Source: a virus
Reading direction: 5' to 3' (one strand)
IMG/VR virus record: IMGVR_UViG_3300025276_000026
Span: 33,369-97,368 of that record
Length of the DNA: 64,000 nucleotides
Part shown: in pieces, positions 10,209-19,674 of the stretch
Position numbering within the stretch: the first letter of the stretch is position 1
How the letters are laid out: every line of letters starts with the position of its first letter
Translations under genes and position numbers: made by a program
The notes under the pieces: generated by a model
What the model saw: the letters and a program-made list of their open reading frames with translations, nothing else
Told to the model about the DNA's origin: nothing
The model's database searches: none

Positions 10209-10733
10209 CTAAAGATTTTTCAATATATTTTCAGGGCTTGAAACTTCATAAGGGTCGGACTCTGCATTATCAGTGTATCCTTCTTCAATGAATGCTTTTT
10301 CAATTACACCATCGTTAACAACGACTGCATATCTCCAAGACCTATATCCGAAACCAAGATTTGATTTAGAACATTCTGCACCAATCAAATGTGTGAACTC
10401 ACCATTACCATCGGGTAGTGGGTAAACATTCTTGATACCTAATGATTCAAACCATGTGTTCATAACGAATGTATCGTTAACTGAAACACAATAAATCTCA
10501 TCGATTCCTTTTGCTCTGAACTCTTCGAATTTCTCTTCAAAGCCAGGCAGTTGTTGTGTAGAACATGTTGGTGTGAATGCGCCAGGCAATCCAAATATGA
10601 TTACTCTTTTACCAGCAAACTGTTCTTTAGTGTCTAGTGATACAAACTCACCGTCAATTCTCTGAGGTATAATTACTTCGGGAACTGTTGTAGTCCCTTC
10701 GATAATTTCTAATCCCATTGTTACTTCTGTCAT
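10209..10733 (-). CDS. peroxiredoxin (Prx5/redoxin type)
   Basis: LPGAFTPTCS, SVNDTFVM, RSWRYA. Confidence 0.93.
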   Translation of the reverse strand: MTEVTMGLEIIEGTTTVPEVIIPQRIDGEFVSLDTKEQFAGKRVIIFGLPGAFTPTCSTQQLPGFEEKFEEFRAKGIDEIYCVSVNDTFVMNTWFESLGIKNVYPLPDGNGEFTHLIGAECSKSNLGFGYRSWRYAVVVNDGVIEKAFIEEGYTDNAESDPYEVSSPENILKNL

Positions 10734-10764
10734 AATCTATACTCCATAATAAATAGATACACCC

Positions 10765-10793
10765 ATTGTAACATCAATGAGTATATCTTTCAA
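10765..10793 (-). promoter_or_regulatory. early promoter of peroxiredoxin
   Basis: TTGAAA-17nt-TACAAT. Confidence 0.55.
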
Positions 10794-10802
10794 GGGGGTT
10801 TC

Positions 10803-11240
10803 TTAAGAAATTTTGATTTCTTGAGGTTTATCTTCTTCGGGTATAATCCTTTCTAAAGACACACTCAAAATACCATTCTTCATGTCTGCACCTTTAACGA
10901 CAATGTCGTCTGCAAGTGTGAATGTTCTTTTGAATGAACGAGATGCAAGTCCTCTATGGACATACTCAAGTTCTTCTCCACCCTTTTGTTTACCTTCGAT
11001 AAGAAGTACATTTTTCTCTTTTGAGATTGTGATATCTTTCTTATCAAATCCAGCCAGTGCAAGTTCGATACTGAAGTTCTCTGCATCGTGTTTTACAATA
11101 TTGTAAGGTGGATAGTTTGTATTAGTCGGTGACTGATTGGCACGTTCTAATAGTTGAAGAGTTCTGTCGAACCCGATTGCGAATGGGAATTCTTTCCCGA
11201 AATTGAAGATGTCGAAATCTCCGAGCTGTTTACTTGTCAT
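10803..11240 (-). CDS. small heat shock protein Hsp20 (IbpA-like)
   Basis: NYPPYNI, IELALAGF, HRGLASRSF, NGILSV. Confidence 0.95.
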   Translation of the reverse strand: MTSKQLGDFDIFNFGKEFPFAIGFDRTLQLLERANQSPTNTNYPPYNIVKHDAENFSIELALAGFDKKDITISKEKNVLLIEGKQKGGEELEYVHRGLASRSFKRTFTLADDIVVKGADMKNGILSVSLERIIPEEDKPQEIKIS

Positions 11241-11299
11241 AGTGTTTCTCCTTTATTAAGCAAGTTATGTTATGTAACCCCTAATGGGCATTACAATAG

Positions 11300-11307
11300 T
11301 ATTTATA
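11300..11307 (-). promoter_or_regulatory. T4-type late promoter upstream of hsp20
   Basis: TATAAATA. Confidence 0.6.
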
Positions 11308-11334
11308 GCATATATGGGGACGAATTTAAAAACT

Positions 11335-13212
11335 TCAAGTCTTTTTAAGTAATCTAGTTTTACCATCGAATAATGGTGCATAGATTTTGACTGGTATCTC
11401 CTTACCTTTAACCTTGATTTCGTCGATGAACTTCCAGTCAATATCGATTTGGTCTTTGGTAAACTCTGAGAATAGAATTGGAGTATCGTATTGTCTAGTC
11501 TGAACTTCAAGTCTGGCTGCAAGGTTGACTGCATCACCGACCACTGAGTAATCGAACCTAAGTTCTGACCCCATATTACCTACGATACATGGGCCTGTGT
11601 TGACCCCTGTGCCGATTACAACTGGTGGTAGGTCTAATCCTTCCTCTACAATATCCTTATTCATCTGTTCAGTAAGTATCTCTATTTCCATTGCAGTTCT
11701 GATAGCCATCTCTGCATGGTTCGGACAATCCAAAGGAGCATTCCAAAATGCCATTAGACAATCGCCCATATATTTGTCGACGGTTCCACCGTTCTTGATT
11801 ACTATCTTAGTCATACCATCGAGGAATCTATTGATGAGTAGGACTAATCCCTCGGGGTCATCGTTTTTCATGTAAGCTTCACTGATTGGAGTGAATCCTA
11901 CGATGTCTGCGAAGAGGAATGAAAGTTCCTTTCTGTCTCCACCTAATCGTAATTTAGAGGGGTCTTTTTGTAGCTCTTCAATCATGTCGGGAGATAAATA
12001 CTTTTGGAACTGCTTCTTGATTTGTTGCTTTTCTTGGAAAGTCACATAGTATTTGTTAAACGAAGCATGACCGAAAACTACTAAGGAGGCCAACGATGAA
12101 AAGAAGGTATCGAAAAGAACGAGCTCTGAAGTCCAAATATAATAACTCCCGCCAATCTGGCATACTACAAGTAATAGAAACCCTGTCCCCGAAAGAACTG
12201 TGGGAAGCTTGTAAACCATCGCAAGTATCATTAGCAAAACTATCAGAAGAAGAGCAGTCTCTAGTGATTCAAGATAGTAGGATTGTTGTATTTGAACTCC
12301 TGTCAAAACGGTTTGAAGCAGGTTCGCTTGCACTTCGTGGGGATACATTACACCCCTTGGGGTTGAAACTGGATTATTCAAACCCTCTGCGGTTAGACCC
12401 CATACAAGTATTTTATTCTCAACATTAGAATCGGGTAAGTCTACAGCAGAAATCCTTTGGAAAGTGTTCCAATAGGATATCATTACGTCACTGGTTGGAG
12501 TGGTGGTTATCGGTTTGTCTCTTCCCATCCGAACCCACTCCACTCCAGTCTCGGGTGTGATTCTAGTTTGATAACTTGGTTGTTCTCTAAGGGCTCTTAA
12601 AGCTTCTAACATTAGTGAGGGGTACACTTCACCGTTTGCCGTAACCAATAGTGGTACAGACCGCGTGGTACCGTCAAAATTGGGTGTTCCAGTGACCGCT
12701 GGGGTAGCCGTCACAACTCCAACTCCATAGGTGTTACTCATCAAAATTTCAATCGGACTAACAATCCCATCGAAGTTCCATAGAAAATCTTTAGGTTCCC
12801 CACCCCCAAACGTTGAGTTACCAACAAATGGTGCAGAACCTTTTTGAGTTTGTGAGGTTGGAGCAGCTCCGAGTATTGTGAGACGGTTTACTAATCCTTC
12901 TGCGAATACCGCGTCTTGTGTTGGGTCTCTATCGGGTTTTGAAAATAGCATACCAAAAATATGAGTGTTGCTATAATGGGTATTAAGAAGCAAGTCACGA
13001 TAAATCCCACGACGAATAGGATACTGTCCGTAAGTTTCAAGAGATTTTTCGTCAATGTCGACGAGAATGATGTTATCGACATAGAATTCTTCCTGTTGTT
13101 GGTGTAAGTAATCGAACCATGACCATGATATGTTCTCTATAAAATATGGGTTCCATATCTTAAGTGCAAAGAGAGCTAGTATAGTTACTAATACTGTTTT
13201 CCAAGTATACAT
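11335..13212 (-). CDS. CHASE2-domain transmembrane class III adenylate cyclase
   Basis: N-terminal TM; IILVDIDEKSL CHASE2 start; 3 TMs; FADIVGFT, DKYMGD, DYSVVGDAVNLAARLE (Lys/Asp specificity residues point to ATP). Confidence 0.92.
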   Translation of the reverse strand: MYTWKTVLVTILALFALKIWNPYFIENISWSWFDYLHQQQEEFYVDNIILVDIDEKSLETYGQYPIRRGIYRDLLLNTHYSNTHIFGMLFSKPDRDPTQDAVFAEGLVNRLTILGAAPTSQTQKGSAPFVGNSTFGGGEPKDFLWNFDGIVSPIEILMSNTYGVGVVTATPAVTGTPNFDGTTRSVPLLVTANGEVYPSLMLEALRALREQPSYQTRITPETGVEWVRMGRDKPITTTPTSDVMISYWNTFQRISAVDLPDSNVENKILVWGLTAEGLNNPVSTPRGVMYPHEVQANLLQTVLTGVQIQQSYYLESLETALLLIVLLMILAMVYKLPTVLSGTGFLLLVVCQIGGSYYIWTSELVLFDTFFSSLASLVVFGHASFNKYYVTFQEKQQIKKQFQKYLSPDMIEELQKDPSKLRLGGDRKELSFLFADIVGFTPISEAYMKNDDPEGLVLLINRFLDGMTKIVIKNGGTVDKYMGDCLMAFWNAPLDCPNHAEMAIRTAMEIEILTEQMNKDIVEEGLDLPPVVIGTGVNTGPCIVGNMGSELRFDYSVVGDAVNLAARLEVQTRQYDTPILFSEFTKDQIDIDWKFIDEIKVKGKEIPVKIYAPLFDGKTRLLKKT

Positions 13213-14016
13213 CTAGTTTTGTGTGACTGATATATTACAACCACCTGCTGTTTGACAACTTTGAGTTAGTGTATAGTTTTGTACGCTATTACTTTGTTGA
13301 GTTAGATTTATGTTAGTTGAGTATGTTCCTGTTAGGGTTATGTTTGCGTTATGAGCTCCTGAACCACTTTGGGATATAGTACCTGTATTACCATCAACAT
13401 ATGATTTTAATGAAAGAGTTTTCTTTCCATCTGTTTCTTGGACTACATAAAATGAATTATCGTCTGCATACAAGTATACTGTAGCATCATGTTCTGAATA
13501 GGCATTATTGTTACCATTTCTTTGATACCCTGCTAATGCATTATTACTACCGTGGATATCTAGAGTAAGTGTCACTCCACCACCTTCATCACCGTCACTA
13601 GTAAATGTAGTATCGGATGACCCACTTAAAGTAACACCTTGACCCCATCGAACAGAATTACTGTCACCCAAGATATGAAAATCTATATTTGATTCTTTAC
13701 ATGAAGAACCCCTAGTGCAATTTTGTTCAAAGTGAAGTGAATTGGAATCACCATTTAAGTCTCCACCCGAACCTTGTTGAGTACCCCAAGTAGGAACAAA
13801 GGAAATAAAATTCTTGTTTCCTGTTTGTTTGATTAGTATTTGATTTGATGCACCACCTAGTGAAAAGATAGTGTCGTTGTTGAACCCAATTTGAGTTACA
13901 TTGAAGACAAGATTGTCATTGGACTGACTCCCTGTCGTTTCCACATCAACCTTGTTGTTATCGTTTGCGACAACAAACAAGGGTAACATAATTAATAATG
14001 ATAAAAACTTTTTCAT
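13213..14016 (-). CDS. secreted curlin-like repeat protein
   Basis: Signal peptide; repeated Q-x-G-x-x-N beta-arc motifs; lies in csgF/csgG operon. Confidence 0.7.
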   Translation of the reverse strand: MKKFLSLLIMLPLFVVANDNNKVDVETTGSQSNDNLVFNVTQIGFNNDTIFSLGGASNQILIKQTGNKNFISFVPTWGTQQGSGGDLNGDSNSLHFEQNCTRGSSCKESNIDFHILGDSNSVRWGQGVTLSGSSDTTFTSDGDEGGGVTLTLDIHGSNNALAGYQRNGNNNAYSEHDATVYLYADDNSFYVVQETDGKKTLSLKSYVDGNTGTISQSGSGAHNANITLTGTYSTNINLTQQSNSVQNYTLTQSCQTAGGCNISVTQN

Positions 14017-14023
14017 AATCCTT

Positions 14024-14170
14024 TTAGATTAACCATTGAAACAATAAGCATAAAATAACTCCTTCAGAAAATGATAACCAATACATATGGTAATCATCTA
14101 GTCGCATAGCTTTTTGAAATCCAAAGATTTGGTTCTCATGCCATACACGGAATTTTTCTGATATGTTCAT
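14024..14170 (-). CDS. small hypothetical protein (48 aa, C-terminal hydrophobic segment)
   Basis: Manual translation MNISEKFRVWHENQIFG...VILCLLFQWLI; AGGAG RBS. Confidence 0.6.
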   Translation of the reverse strand: MNISEKFRVWHENQIFGFQKAMRLDDYHMYWLSFSEGVILCLLFQWLI

Positions 14171-14178
14171 ATATTCTC

Positions 14179-15318
14179 CTAGTTTGTTTGTGTGATGGTA
14201 ATATTTAGAGACGAACCATCACCCACCTGTATTGATGACTCTTTTTCGTCTGTTATGGTTCTAATGGATGCTTGTGCAAACATCGGTAACTTAATAGATA
14301 TAATTCCATTAACTTCCCTGTAGAACCATATTTGACCAAGACCCTTGTCTACAATAGTAGAATATTGTGTGTCTTTGTCAAAGCCTGGCAGAGTTCCGTC
14401 AATACGAACCACTCCGAAGGCATTAGATTGTTGTCTGTCGAGACCAACCTTACGGTCAATGTCTAAAACTACATCTAATAAATCTTGTAAGAAATCGACA
14501 TCAAGTAAATCTCTGTCGAGCTCTGTGTATTCTAACTCATCATCTTCAAAGTACTGTTCTTCCAAGTCATTAAACTCTAGGAAGTCCACGTCAAGAACGT
14601 TACTTGTATCGTTCTCTTTACTACTCTGTTCTTCTGCAACCTGTTTGTTCACCTCTTCGGGTGGACTGACAATGAATAAGTTGTCAATCAAGTTGGGTGT
14701 AATTCCATTAACCACTATTGGTTTAGTTGGTGAATCATCGTATGTAGAAACCATTGTTGCTTGATACGCTTCATCCAATAATACCTGTCCGCCTGCATTA
14801 CTAACTAGGATACTTCCCGAAGGAGCTCCCCATTTATCGGGTAGCAGTATCACAAGTGACCTTCCGATTTCATCAATAGATGTTGTGAAGTCGGTGCCGT
14901 TAACTGTTATCTGTGCAGTCGGTGTAGTTATATTTATGTTAGCTTTCTTAATCTTTCCACCAAAACCCGAAGCAAATCGAGCGGTGCCTTGTGCCATACG
15001 AATGGCCATCTTGGACTTTGAAGGGTCGGGGTCATAGTAAACCTCGTCTATCCATACCTTTGAATGTTCTGTTAAATCCAGTTGTTCCGTACCTTGGAAT
15101 TGGATTTTCATTCTGCCGTTCTGAGTCTGTGCTGTATCATACATCAGCACATCGGATTCATCTGTTGCAGATATCACGGAAGTTTCTCCGTCTCTCTGAA
15201 GACCAGCTGAACCCTTGTATTCGATAATCTGACCTATCGGTTCACCATATGATAGTGAACTGATAAGTAAGAGATTAACTATCGTTGTCGTCTTTCTGAA
15301 TAATGTCGATGTTAGCAT
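14179..15318 (-). CDS. FecR-domain periplasmic protein
   Basis: Signal-like N-terminus; D-x-x-x-T...ITTPTAQITVNGTDF FecR-like segment; acidic linker. Confidence 0.8.
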   Translation of the reverse strand: MLTSTLFRKTTTIVNLLLISSLSYGEPIGQIIEYKGSAGLQRDGETSVISATDESDVLMYDTAQTQNGRMKIQFQGTEQLDLTEHSKVWIDEVYYDPDPSKSKMAIRMAQGTARFASGFGGKIKKANINITTPTAQITVNGTDFTTSIDEIGRSLVILLPDKWGAPSGSILVSNAGGQVLLDEAYQATMVSTYDDSPTKPIVVNGITPNLIDNLFIVSPPEEVNKQVAEEQSSKENDTSNVLDVDFLEFNDLEEQYFEDDELEYTELDRDLLDVDFLQDLLDVVLDIDRKVGLDRQQSNAFGVVRIDGTLPGFDKDTQYSTIVDKGLGQIWFYREVNGIISIKLPMFAQASIRTITDEKESSIQVGDGSSLNITITQTN

Positions 15319-16006
15319 TAGAGGTCACAAATGATACGTCAATGATACCACTACAAGATTGACCACTCGGACAACTTGTATCTGAACCACTCTTCTGAAT
15401 GATATCAATATCATTGCCTGAACCAGTTAAGATTGCAGTGATTTTATTATCAGTCGCGTCAGCTTGAATGGTATTAATGTCGTTTGATGAACCACTTACA
15501 GTCCAGTTCCAAACAGCATTATCCGAATCAACTTTGGTTGTGAATACGTTACTTGAACCACCTACTACTAAGTCCCAGTTTAAGTATTCTGCTGATGCAG
15601 TGTAACCGACATCTATATCAAACGTGTTAGATGAACCTGTTACAGCACCTGCCATGTTTAAGTTGTCTGCACTACCTTGATAACCTATGTTCCAATCCAT
15701 TGAGTTCGAACCACCAGTAAATGTTAAATTTACTGTTGAACTATCTGCAATGAAAGGGCCGTATAGTTTGTTGACATCACCAAATTGTACTAGTGTGAAA
15801 CTGTTGTTTGCACCAGTAAGAATCATGTCAGCAGATGTTCCCGAGAAATTATCTAAACCGACTTTGTTTCCGTAACCTTTCTGAGTGAAGTTCAACGTTA
15901 GGGCTGTACCACTTTGTTGTAACCATATTTCGTTATCGTCTGCTCCTGCAAATGCAGTAGTCGATAATCCTAATGTTAACATAATCAATAATAATTTATT
16001 CTTCAT
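15275..16006 (-). CDS. secreted curlin-like repeat protein (CsgA/B-like)
   Basis: Signal peptide ending AFA; repeats of about 23 aa with G-x-x-N (GGSNSM, GSSNTF, GSSNVF, GSSNDI, GSGNDI). Confidence 0.75.
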   Translation of the reverse strand: MKNKLLLIMLTLGLSTTAFAGADDNEIWLQQSGTALTLNFTQKGYGNKVGLDNFSGTSADMILTGANNSFTLVQFGDVNKLYGPFIADSSTVNLTFTGGSNSMDWNIGYQGSADNLNMAGAVTGSSNTFDIDVGYTASAEYLNWDLVVGGSSNVFTTKVDSDNAVWNWTVSGSSNDINTIQADATDNKITAILTGSGNDIDIIQKSGSDTSCPSGQSCSGIIDVSFVTSNANIDIIQKDDNDS

Positions 16007-16904
16007 GTTTTTCTCCTATTGAATGTAACTCGTTTCTTCCATGTGTTCCATGGGGGTGACGATGTTCATCTTTAATTACCCAAAAACTTCTATCGTGTCC
16101 TTGGTATATTAGTTCTAGAACGGCAAGTTCAATTGCTGAACGTGTTGCTTTCGTAACACCTTCATTTTCTGCTCTGCCATCTTCCATTTCAATTAACTTC
16201 GTATCCATATCAACGAAGCGGAATACATCATAACCACCACCTGTACTTAGAATCGTTTTCTGAGTCTGTACATTCAGTAAAATCTCACCAGTTAAAGTTG
16301 ATATTCCTCTCAACGATACGGTGATAACATCCCTACGATATGAAATAGAACTGCCAATACCTAAGTATCTTGCGCCTCTTCCACCGCTTTCGATGTTCGA
16401 ATCATAACCAATAATCCCACCTTCCAGTAGGATTCCTGCGAAGAGCAAGGGTTGAATTCCTGTTGGGGAACCCTCATTACCTTCCTGTTCTGCAAAACTT
16501 TCTCTAGTAGAACGAATGATTTGACGCTCTCTTACTAGTGCATCTAAACTTGTTCTCTCTACTACTCTAAACCATTTACCCTTCCCTGCTGTCTTAAGTG
16601 CATCAATCAAAAATGATTCAGCTCCTTGTGTGACTGCAGTGGAGAAAGATGCAATTCCATCTTTACTCTTACGTTGTCCTGTCTTATCCATGAAAGCGTA
16701 GACTGCAACGACTGGCATTACATCTGCTGGTGGTAACAGTAACAACTCTTTATAAGTAGGTATATTTACTACTTCTGCCTTCTCAATGCACTCACCCACC
16801 TTACTCATTACAAGAGAGGTGCAACTGTCGGTCATAGACGGAATACTTGCACACCCAGTGGTGAACAAGACCGTTATCAGTCCTATAATTGCCCATTGCT
16901 TCAT
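15996..16904 (-). CDS. csgG: curli secretion channel lipoprotein CsgG
   Basis: Lipobox FTTGC; VAVYAFMDKTGQRK, FSTAVTQGA, WFRVVER, LLFAGILLEGGIIGYDSN. Confidence 0.93.
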   Translation of the reverse strand: MKQWAIIGLITVLFTTGCASIPSMTDSCTSLVMSKVGECIEKAEVVNIPTYKELLLLPPADVMPVVAVYAFMDKTGQRKSKDGIASFSTAVTQGAESFLIDALKTAGKGKWFRVVERTSLDALVRERQIIRSTRESFAEQEGNEGSPTGIQPLLFAGILLEGGIIGYDSNIESGGRGARYLGIGSSISYRRDVITVSLRGISTLTGEILLNVQTQKTILSTGGGYDVFRFVDMDTKLIEMEDGRAENEGVTKATRSAIELAVLELIYQGHDRSFWVIKDEHRHPHGTHGRNELHSIGEKHEE

Positions 16905-17399
16905 TTAGAAACTTCCTGTACCAACTGGTATATCTAAAATCGTTGTTGTCCCATCCTCGGTCACTATCGTTAATCGAATGAAGTCTACTCCATCCTCTCC
17001 AGTCATCCTTTCATATGTGACTGTATTACCTTCCATTACGAAAGTACCGTAGGCAGCTGCTGTTCCGTTAGAGAACATGTTCTCTACTAACTGTTTTGCT
17101 AACTGAGCATAAATTCTGCTCTCTACGTTTCTTAAAAATTTTGCAAGTGTTGTGTTCTGTGCTTCTCTGTCTGCCTTTGCAATGGCATCTTCTAAATCTT
17201 GTTTTATCTTATCACGTCTAGACTTCTCTTGATTTTCTATAGTCAAATAGTGAGCAGATATCCCTATCCCATTAAAGGATGGACTCTTAAACTTGTGTAC
17301 TATCTCGTCTGCATTGGCATAGTTGATACCAAGACCACATGCTGTTACCAACATTATTAGTCTTACAACGTGCAATTTACTTTCTATTTTTCTCAACAT
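16905..17399 (-). CDS. csgF: curli assembly component CsgF-like
   Basis: Signal peptide then IVHKFKSPSFNG...YLTIENQE; immediately upstream of csgG. Confidence 0.8.
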   Translation of the reverse strand: MLRKIESKLHVVRLIMLVTACGLGINYANADEIVHKFKSPSFNGIGISAHYLTIENQEKSRRDKIKQDLEDAIAKADREAQNTTLAKFLRNVESRIYAQLAKQLVENMFSNGTAAAYGTFVMEGNTVTYERMTGEDGVDFIRLTIVTEDGTTTILDIPVGTGSF

Positions 17400-17652
17400 T
17401 CTGTGACTCCTGCTTCTTGCTGTTCTCTTTCATTTCGAGAACCACATTTACTTTCTGCTGTAAACGGATTAAATCTTGGTCTAACATTCTGACTTGGTCA
17501 ATAACTTTAATCAATGCAAAATGCTGTTTCTCTATCTCGGGTTCTAGTTTTTCACCTACGAACCACCAAATAAAATATATGAAATATCCTAGACCCACCA
17601 TCATTACAATTGGGAATCCGTAATCAGATATTACTTGAACGAGACCTTCCAT
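17377..17652 (-). CDS. small membrane protein (TM + coiled coil, YvrJ-like GFPI motif)
   Basis: DYGFPIVMMVGLGYFIYFIWW. Confidence 0.65.
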   Translation of the reverse strand: MEGLVQVISDYGFPIVMMVGLGYFIYFIWWFVGEKLEPEIEKQHFALIKVIDQVRMLDQDLIRLQQKVNVVLEMKENSKKQESQNVEKNRK

Positions 17653-17949
17653 TTAGTCTCTCCTTACATCTAGTTTACCGTCTTCTATAAAGTTCTCTGC
17701 TCTTGCAACCCTGTCTATATCGGGTCTAAGTTCTAACGCTGCAGAGACTAGTAAATCTATCTTAATCATTTCATTGGACATTGTTCTTGCACGATTCTCT
17801 AGGGATGTACAGAACATTGTAAGGGTTTTGATATCATCAACAACACCTTCAAGTATTTGTTTTATGACAAGGAATATGAAAAAGCCCATTACTAAACTTC
17901 CAGCAATCGGAGCTCCCACTTCACCTATCAATACAAATATATCATTCAT
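17653..17949 (-). CDS. small membrane protein, apparent paralog of the downstream gene
   Basis: EVGAPIAGSLVMGFFIFLVI plus coiled coil; late TAAATA 5 nt upstream of ATG. Confidence 0.65.
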   Translation of the reverse strand: MNDIFVLIGEVGAPIAGSLVMGFFIFLVIKQILEGVVDDIKTLTMFCTSLENRARTMSNEMIKIDLLVSAALELRPDIDRVARAENFIEDGKLDVRRD

Positions 17950-17995
17950 GCATTTATTTATGTTTTTTCTTTATTAGTAAGCACTTACATGGGCT

Positions 17996-18025
17996 AAAAA
18001 AAAGAGACGTTTCCATCTCTTTTTC
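17996..18025 (-). terminator. rho-independent terminator
   Basis: AAAGAGATG-GAAA-CGTCTCTTT hairpin followed by T-run. Confidence 0.75.
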
Positions 18026-18039
18026 AAACTCGTATAGAG

Positions 18040-18288
18040 TTACTTCAATTGTTCACGGATTTCACTAATCACAGCAGCCTTGGAGCCAGACTTCTTAACC
18101 TTAAGGTTCTTCTTGTCTGCAAGTTCTACTAGTTGATTCTTAGTCAATTTCTTAAGGTCTGCAACGGTAGTTGGTTTCTCTTGAGTTGACTTGGTCGCTG
18201 GTTTCGAAACGGCTTGTTTCTTGTCACCTTTGACAGCGAAAAACAAGAATGCAACAGCGAGTATTGCTACTATAACTATTCCGTCCAT
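18040..18288 (-). CDS. membrane-anchored protein with Rho_N/HeH-like domain
   Basis: N-terminal TM; DLKKLTKNQLVELA...K-x-x-x-I; GGAG RBS. Confidence 0.6.
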   Translation of the reverse strand: MDGIVIVAILAVAFLFFAVKGDKKQAVSKPATKSTQEKPTTVADLKKLTKNQLVELADKKNLKVKKSGSKAAVISEIREQLK

Positions 18289-18302
18289 AATGTTCTCCTA
18301 AT

Positions 18303-18497
18303 TTATTTATCCAACAATGGATTTTTATCTTTTGCTTTACCAATGGCAAGTGCAAAGACTTCTATGTATTTATAGCACTTCGCCCAGACGGCATCGTCCT
18401 TCGGTGTGTCGGTCATCATTACAATGACTGAACATATAGATATGATTGCTGGTATCGCTGACATGAATGCCCAGATACTACTGATTAAATCCCACAT
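18303..18497 (-). CDS. small membrane protein (holin-like candidate)
   Basis: Hydrophobic N-terminal half; TDTPKDD motif; late TAAATA and AGGAG upstream. Confidence 0.55.
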   Translation of the reverse strand: MWDLISSIWAFMSAIPAIISICSVIVMMTDTPKDDAVWAKCYKYIEVFALAIGKAKDKNPLLDK

Positions 18498-18532
18498 AAG
18501 TTTCTCCTATTAAAGTTAACAGAAGTATTTAT

Positions 18533-18943
18533 CTATTTAGTACCACCAATGGAGTACTTTGTTGTAAGTTTCCAGTTAGTTTTTTCTTTGTAAGGTATAA
18601 TTTTGATTTGTGAAAGGGGTGCAGTTGGTTCTTCTATCATAGAAGGTGTAACTACTGTGACAAGTTTCCACTGTGCTAGCAGCTGACAGATAGTGTTTCT
18701 TCTACCTATATCAGACTCATCTATGTTAGTGGGTTTACCGTCGAGTTTGAATAACTCTTTGAAGTGAGTGATGTAATACTTACCACGTTTGTGTAGTATG
18801 TGACAAGATTGAAATAACTCTTGGTCTCTTCTAGATGCAACACCTATGCGTGAAAGTGTCTCCCTAATCTTTAGGAAGTCGTCTTTTTCGGGGAAGGTTA
18901 CCTCAACGAGGTCTTTTACTATTTTTTCTTGTCCATCATCCAT
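18533..18943 (-). CDS. regA: translational repressor RegA
   Basis: DDFLKIRETLSRIGVAS, QSCHILHKRGKYYITHFKELF. Confidence 0.95.
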   Translation of the reverse strand: MDDGQEKIVKDLVEVTFPEKDDFLKIRETLSRIGVASRRDQELFQSCHILHKRGKYYITHFKELFKLDGKPTNIDESDIGRRNTICQLLAQWKLVTVVTPSMIEEPTAPLSQIKIIPYKEKTNWKLTTKYSIGGTK

Positions 18944-19334
18944 TGTTATTACCACCAATATTCATTCTGTTCTTCAACTCACGTATTTCTTTATCAGACA
19001 ATAGAGTAAACAATTCTTTTGCTTCTCTTGTTGACATCTGATAATAGTCTTTTACGACAGTGAGTTTTTTACTAACGTATGGTTTAGCCCATTTTGAAAA
19101 TCTCTGTCGTTTTCGTAAAGTATTTAGGAAAAATACGTATTGAAGACGATTGTCTAGACCGTGGCGACAGTTCATTTCGTTAGTAAAGAAAACAGAATCT
19201 TGGTGGTAAGACAAAGATTTGTTTATAAGGAATGGTTGATATGCTTTCTCTTCGATATCATCAACCATGATATCTTTTTTGTCGGAAGAGACCGACTTAA
19301 CAAAGTCAAAAGGATTTCGTTTGTTAGGGTTCAT
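18936..19334 (-). CDS. gp62: clamp loader small subunit
   Basis: YQPFLINKSLS, RKRQRFSKW; position between gp44 and regA. Confidence 0.9.
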   Translation of the reverse strand: MNPNKRNPFDFVKSVSSDKKDIMVDDIEEKAYQPFLINKSLSYHQDSVFFTNEMNCRHGLDNRLQYVFFLNTLRKRQRFSKWAKPYVSKKLTVVKDYYQMSTREAKELFTLLSDKEIRELKNRMNIGGNNNG

Positions 19335-19600
19335 TACTTACCTGTTACAGCAGAAAATGAATTGAGTAGGTCATCACCATAAAGAGGTTCACCAAAGAAA
19401 ACAATTTCACCTGTCTCTCTAATCTCTCTCTTGACGACACCGTTGTTGTATTCAATATCCAATACTGAACCATCGTTTCCCCTAGTGTCGTACCAGCAGG
19501 AGTTTAAGGAATGTGCGTGAAGGGATTTGACCTTGTTAGACCACTCCTCTGCGAGAAGTAATCGTCTTTGTTTGTCTACTACTGAATCGTATTCACTCAT
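19334..19600 (-). CDS. hypothetical protein
   Basis: 88-aa coupled ORF. Confidence 0.6.
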   Translation of the reverse strand: MSEYDSVVDKQRRLLLAEEWSNKVKSLHAHSLNSCWYDTRGNDGSVLDIEYNNGVVKREIRETGEIVFFGEPLYGDDLLNSFSAVTGK

Positions 19601-19674
19601 TTTTTAATCCCCCATCCTAGGCACCAACAAGTGGTGACTGTAATTGCAAGTAGTAACATCACTACATCAATCAT
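19597..19674 (-). CDS. 25-aa hydrophobic micro-protein
   Basis: MIDVVMLLLAITVTTCWCLGWGIKK; ATGA overlaps at both ends. Confidence 0.5.
   Translation of the reverse strand: MIDVVMLLLAITVTTCWCLGWGIKK

Noticed and set aside
15996-17399. csgF/csgG in a phage as novel in itself
   Set aside because: Already reported in marine myoviruses; only the linkage to FecR and the cyclase is flagged
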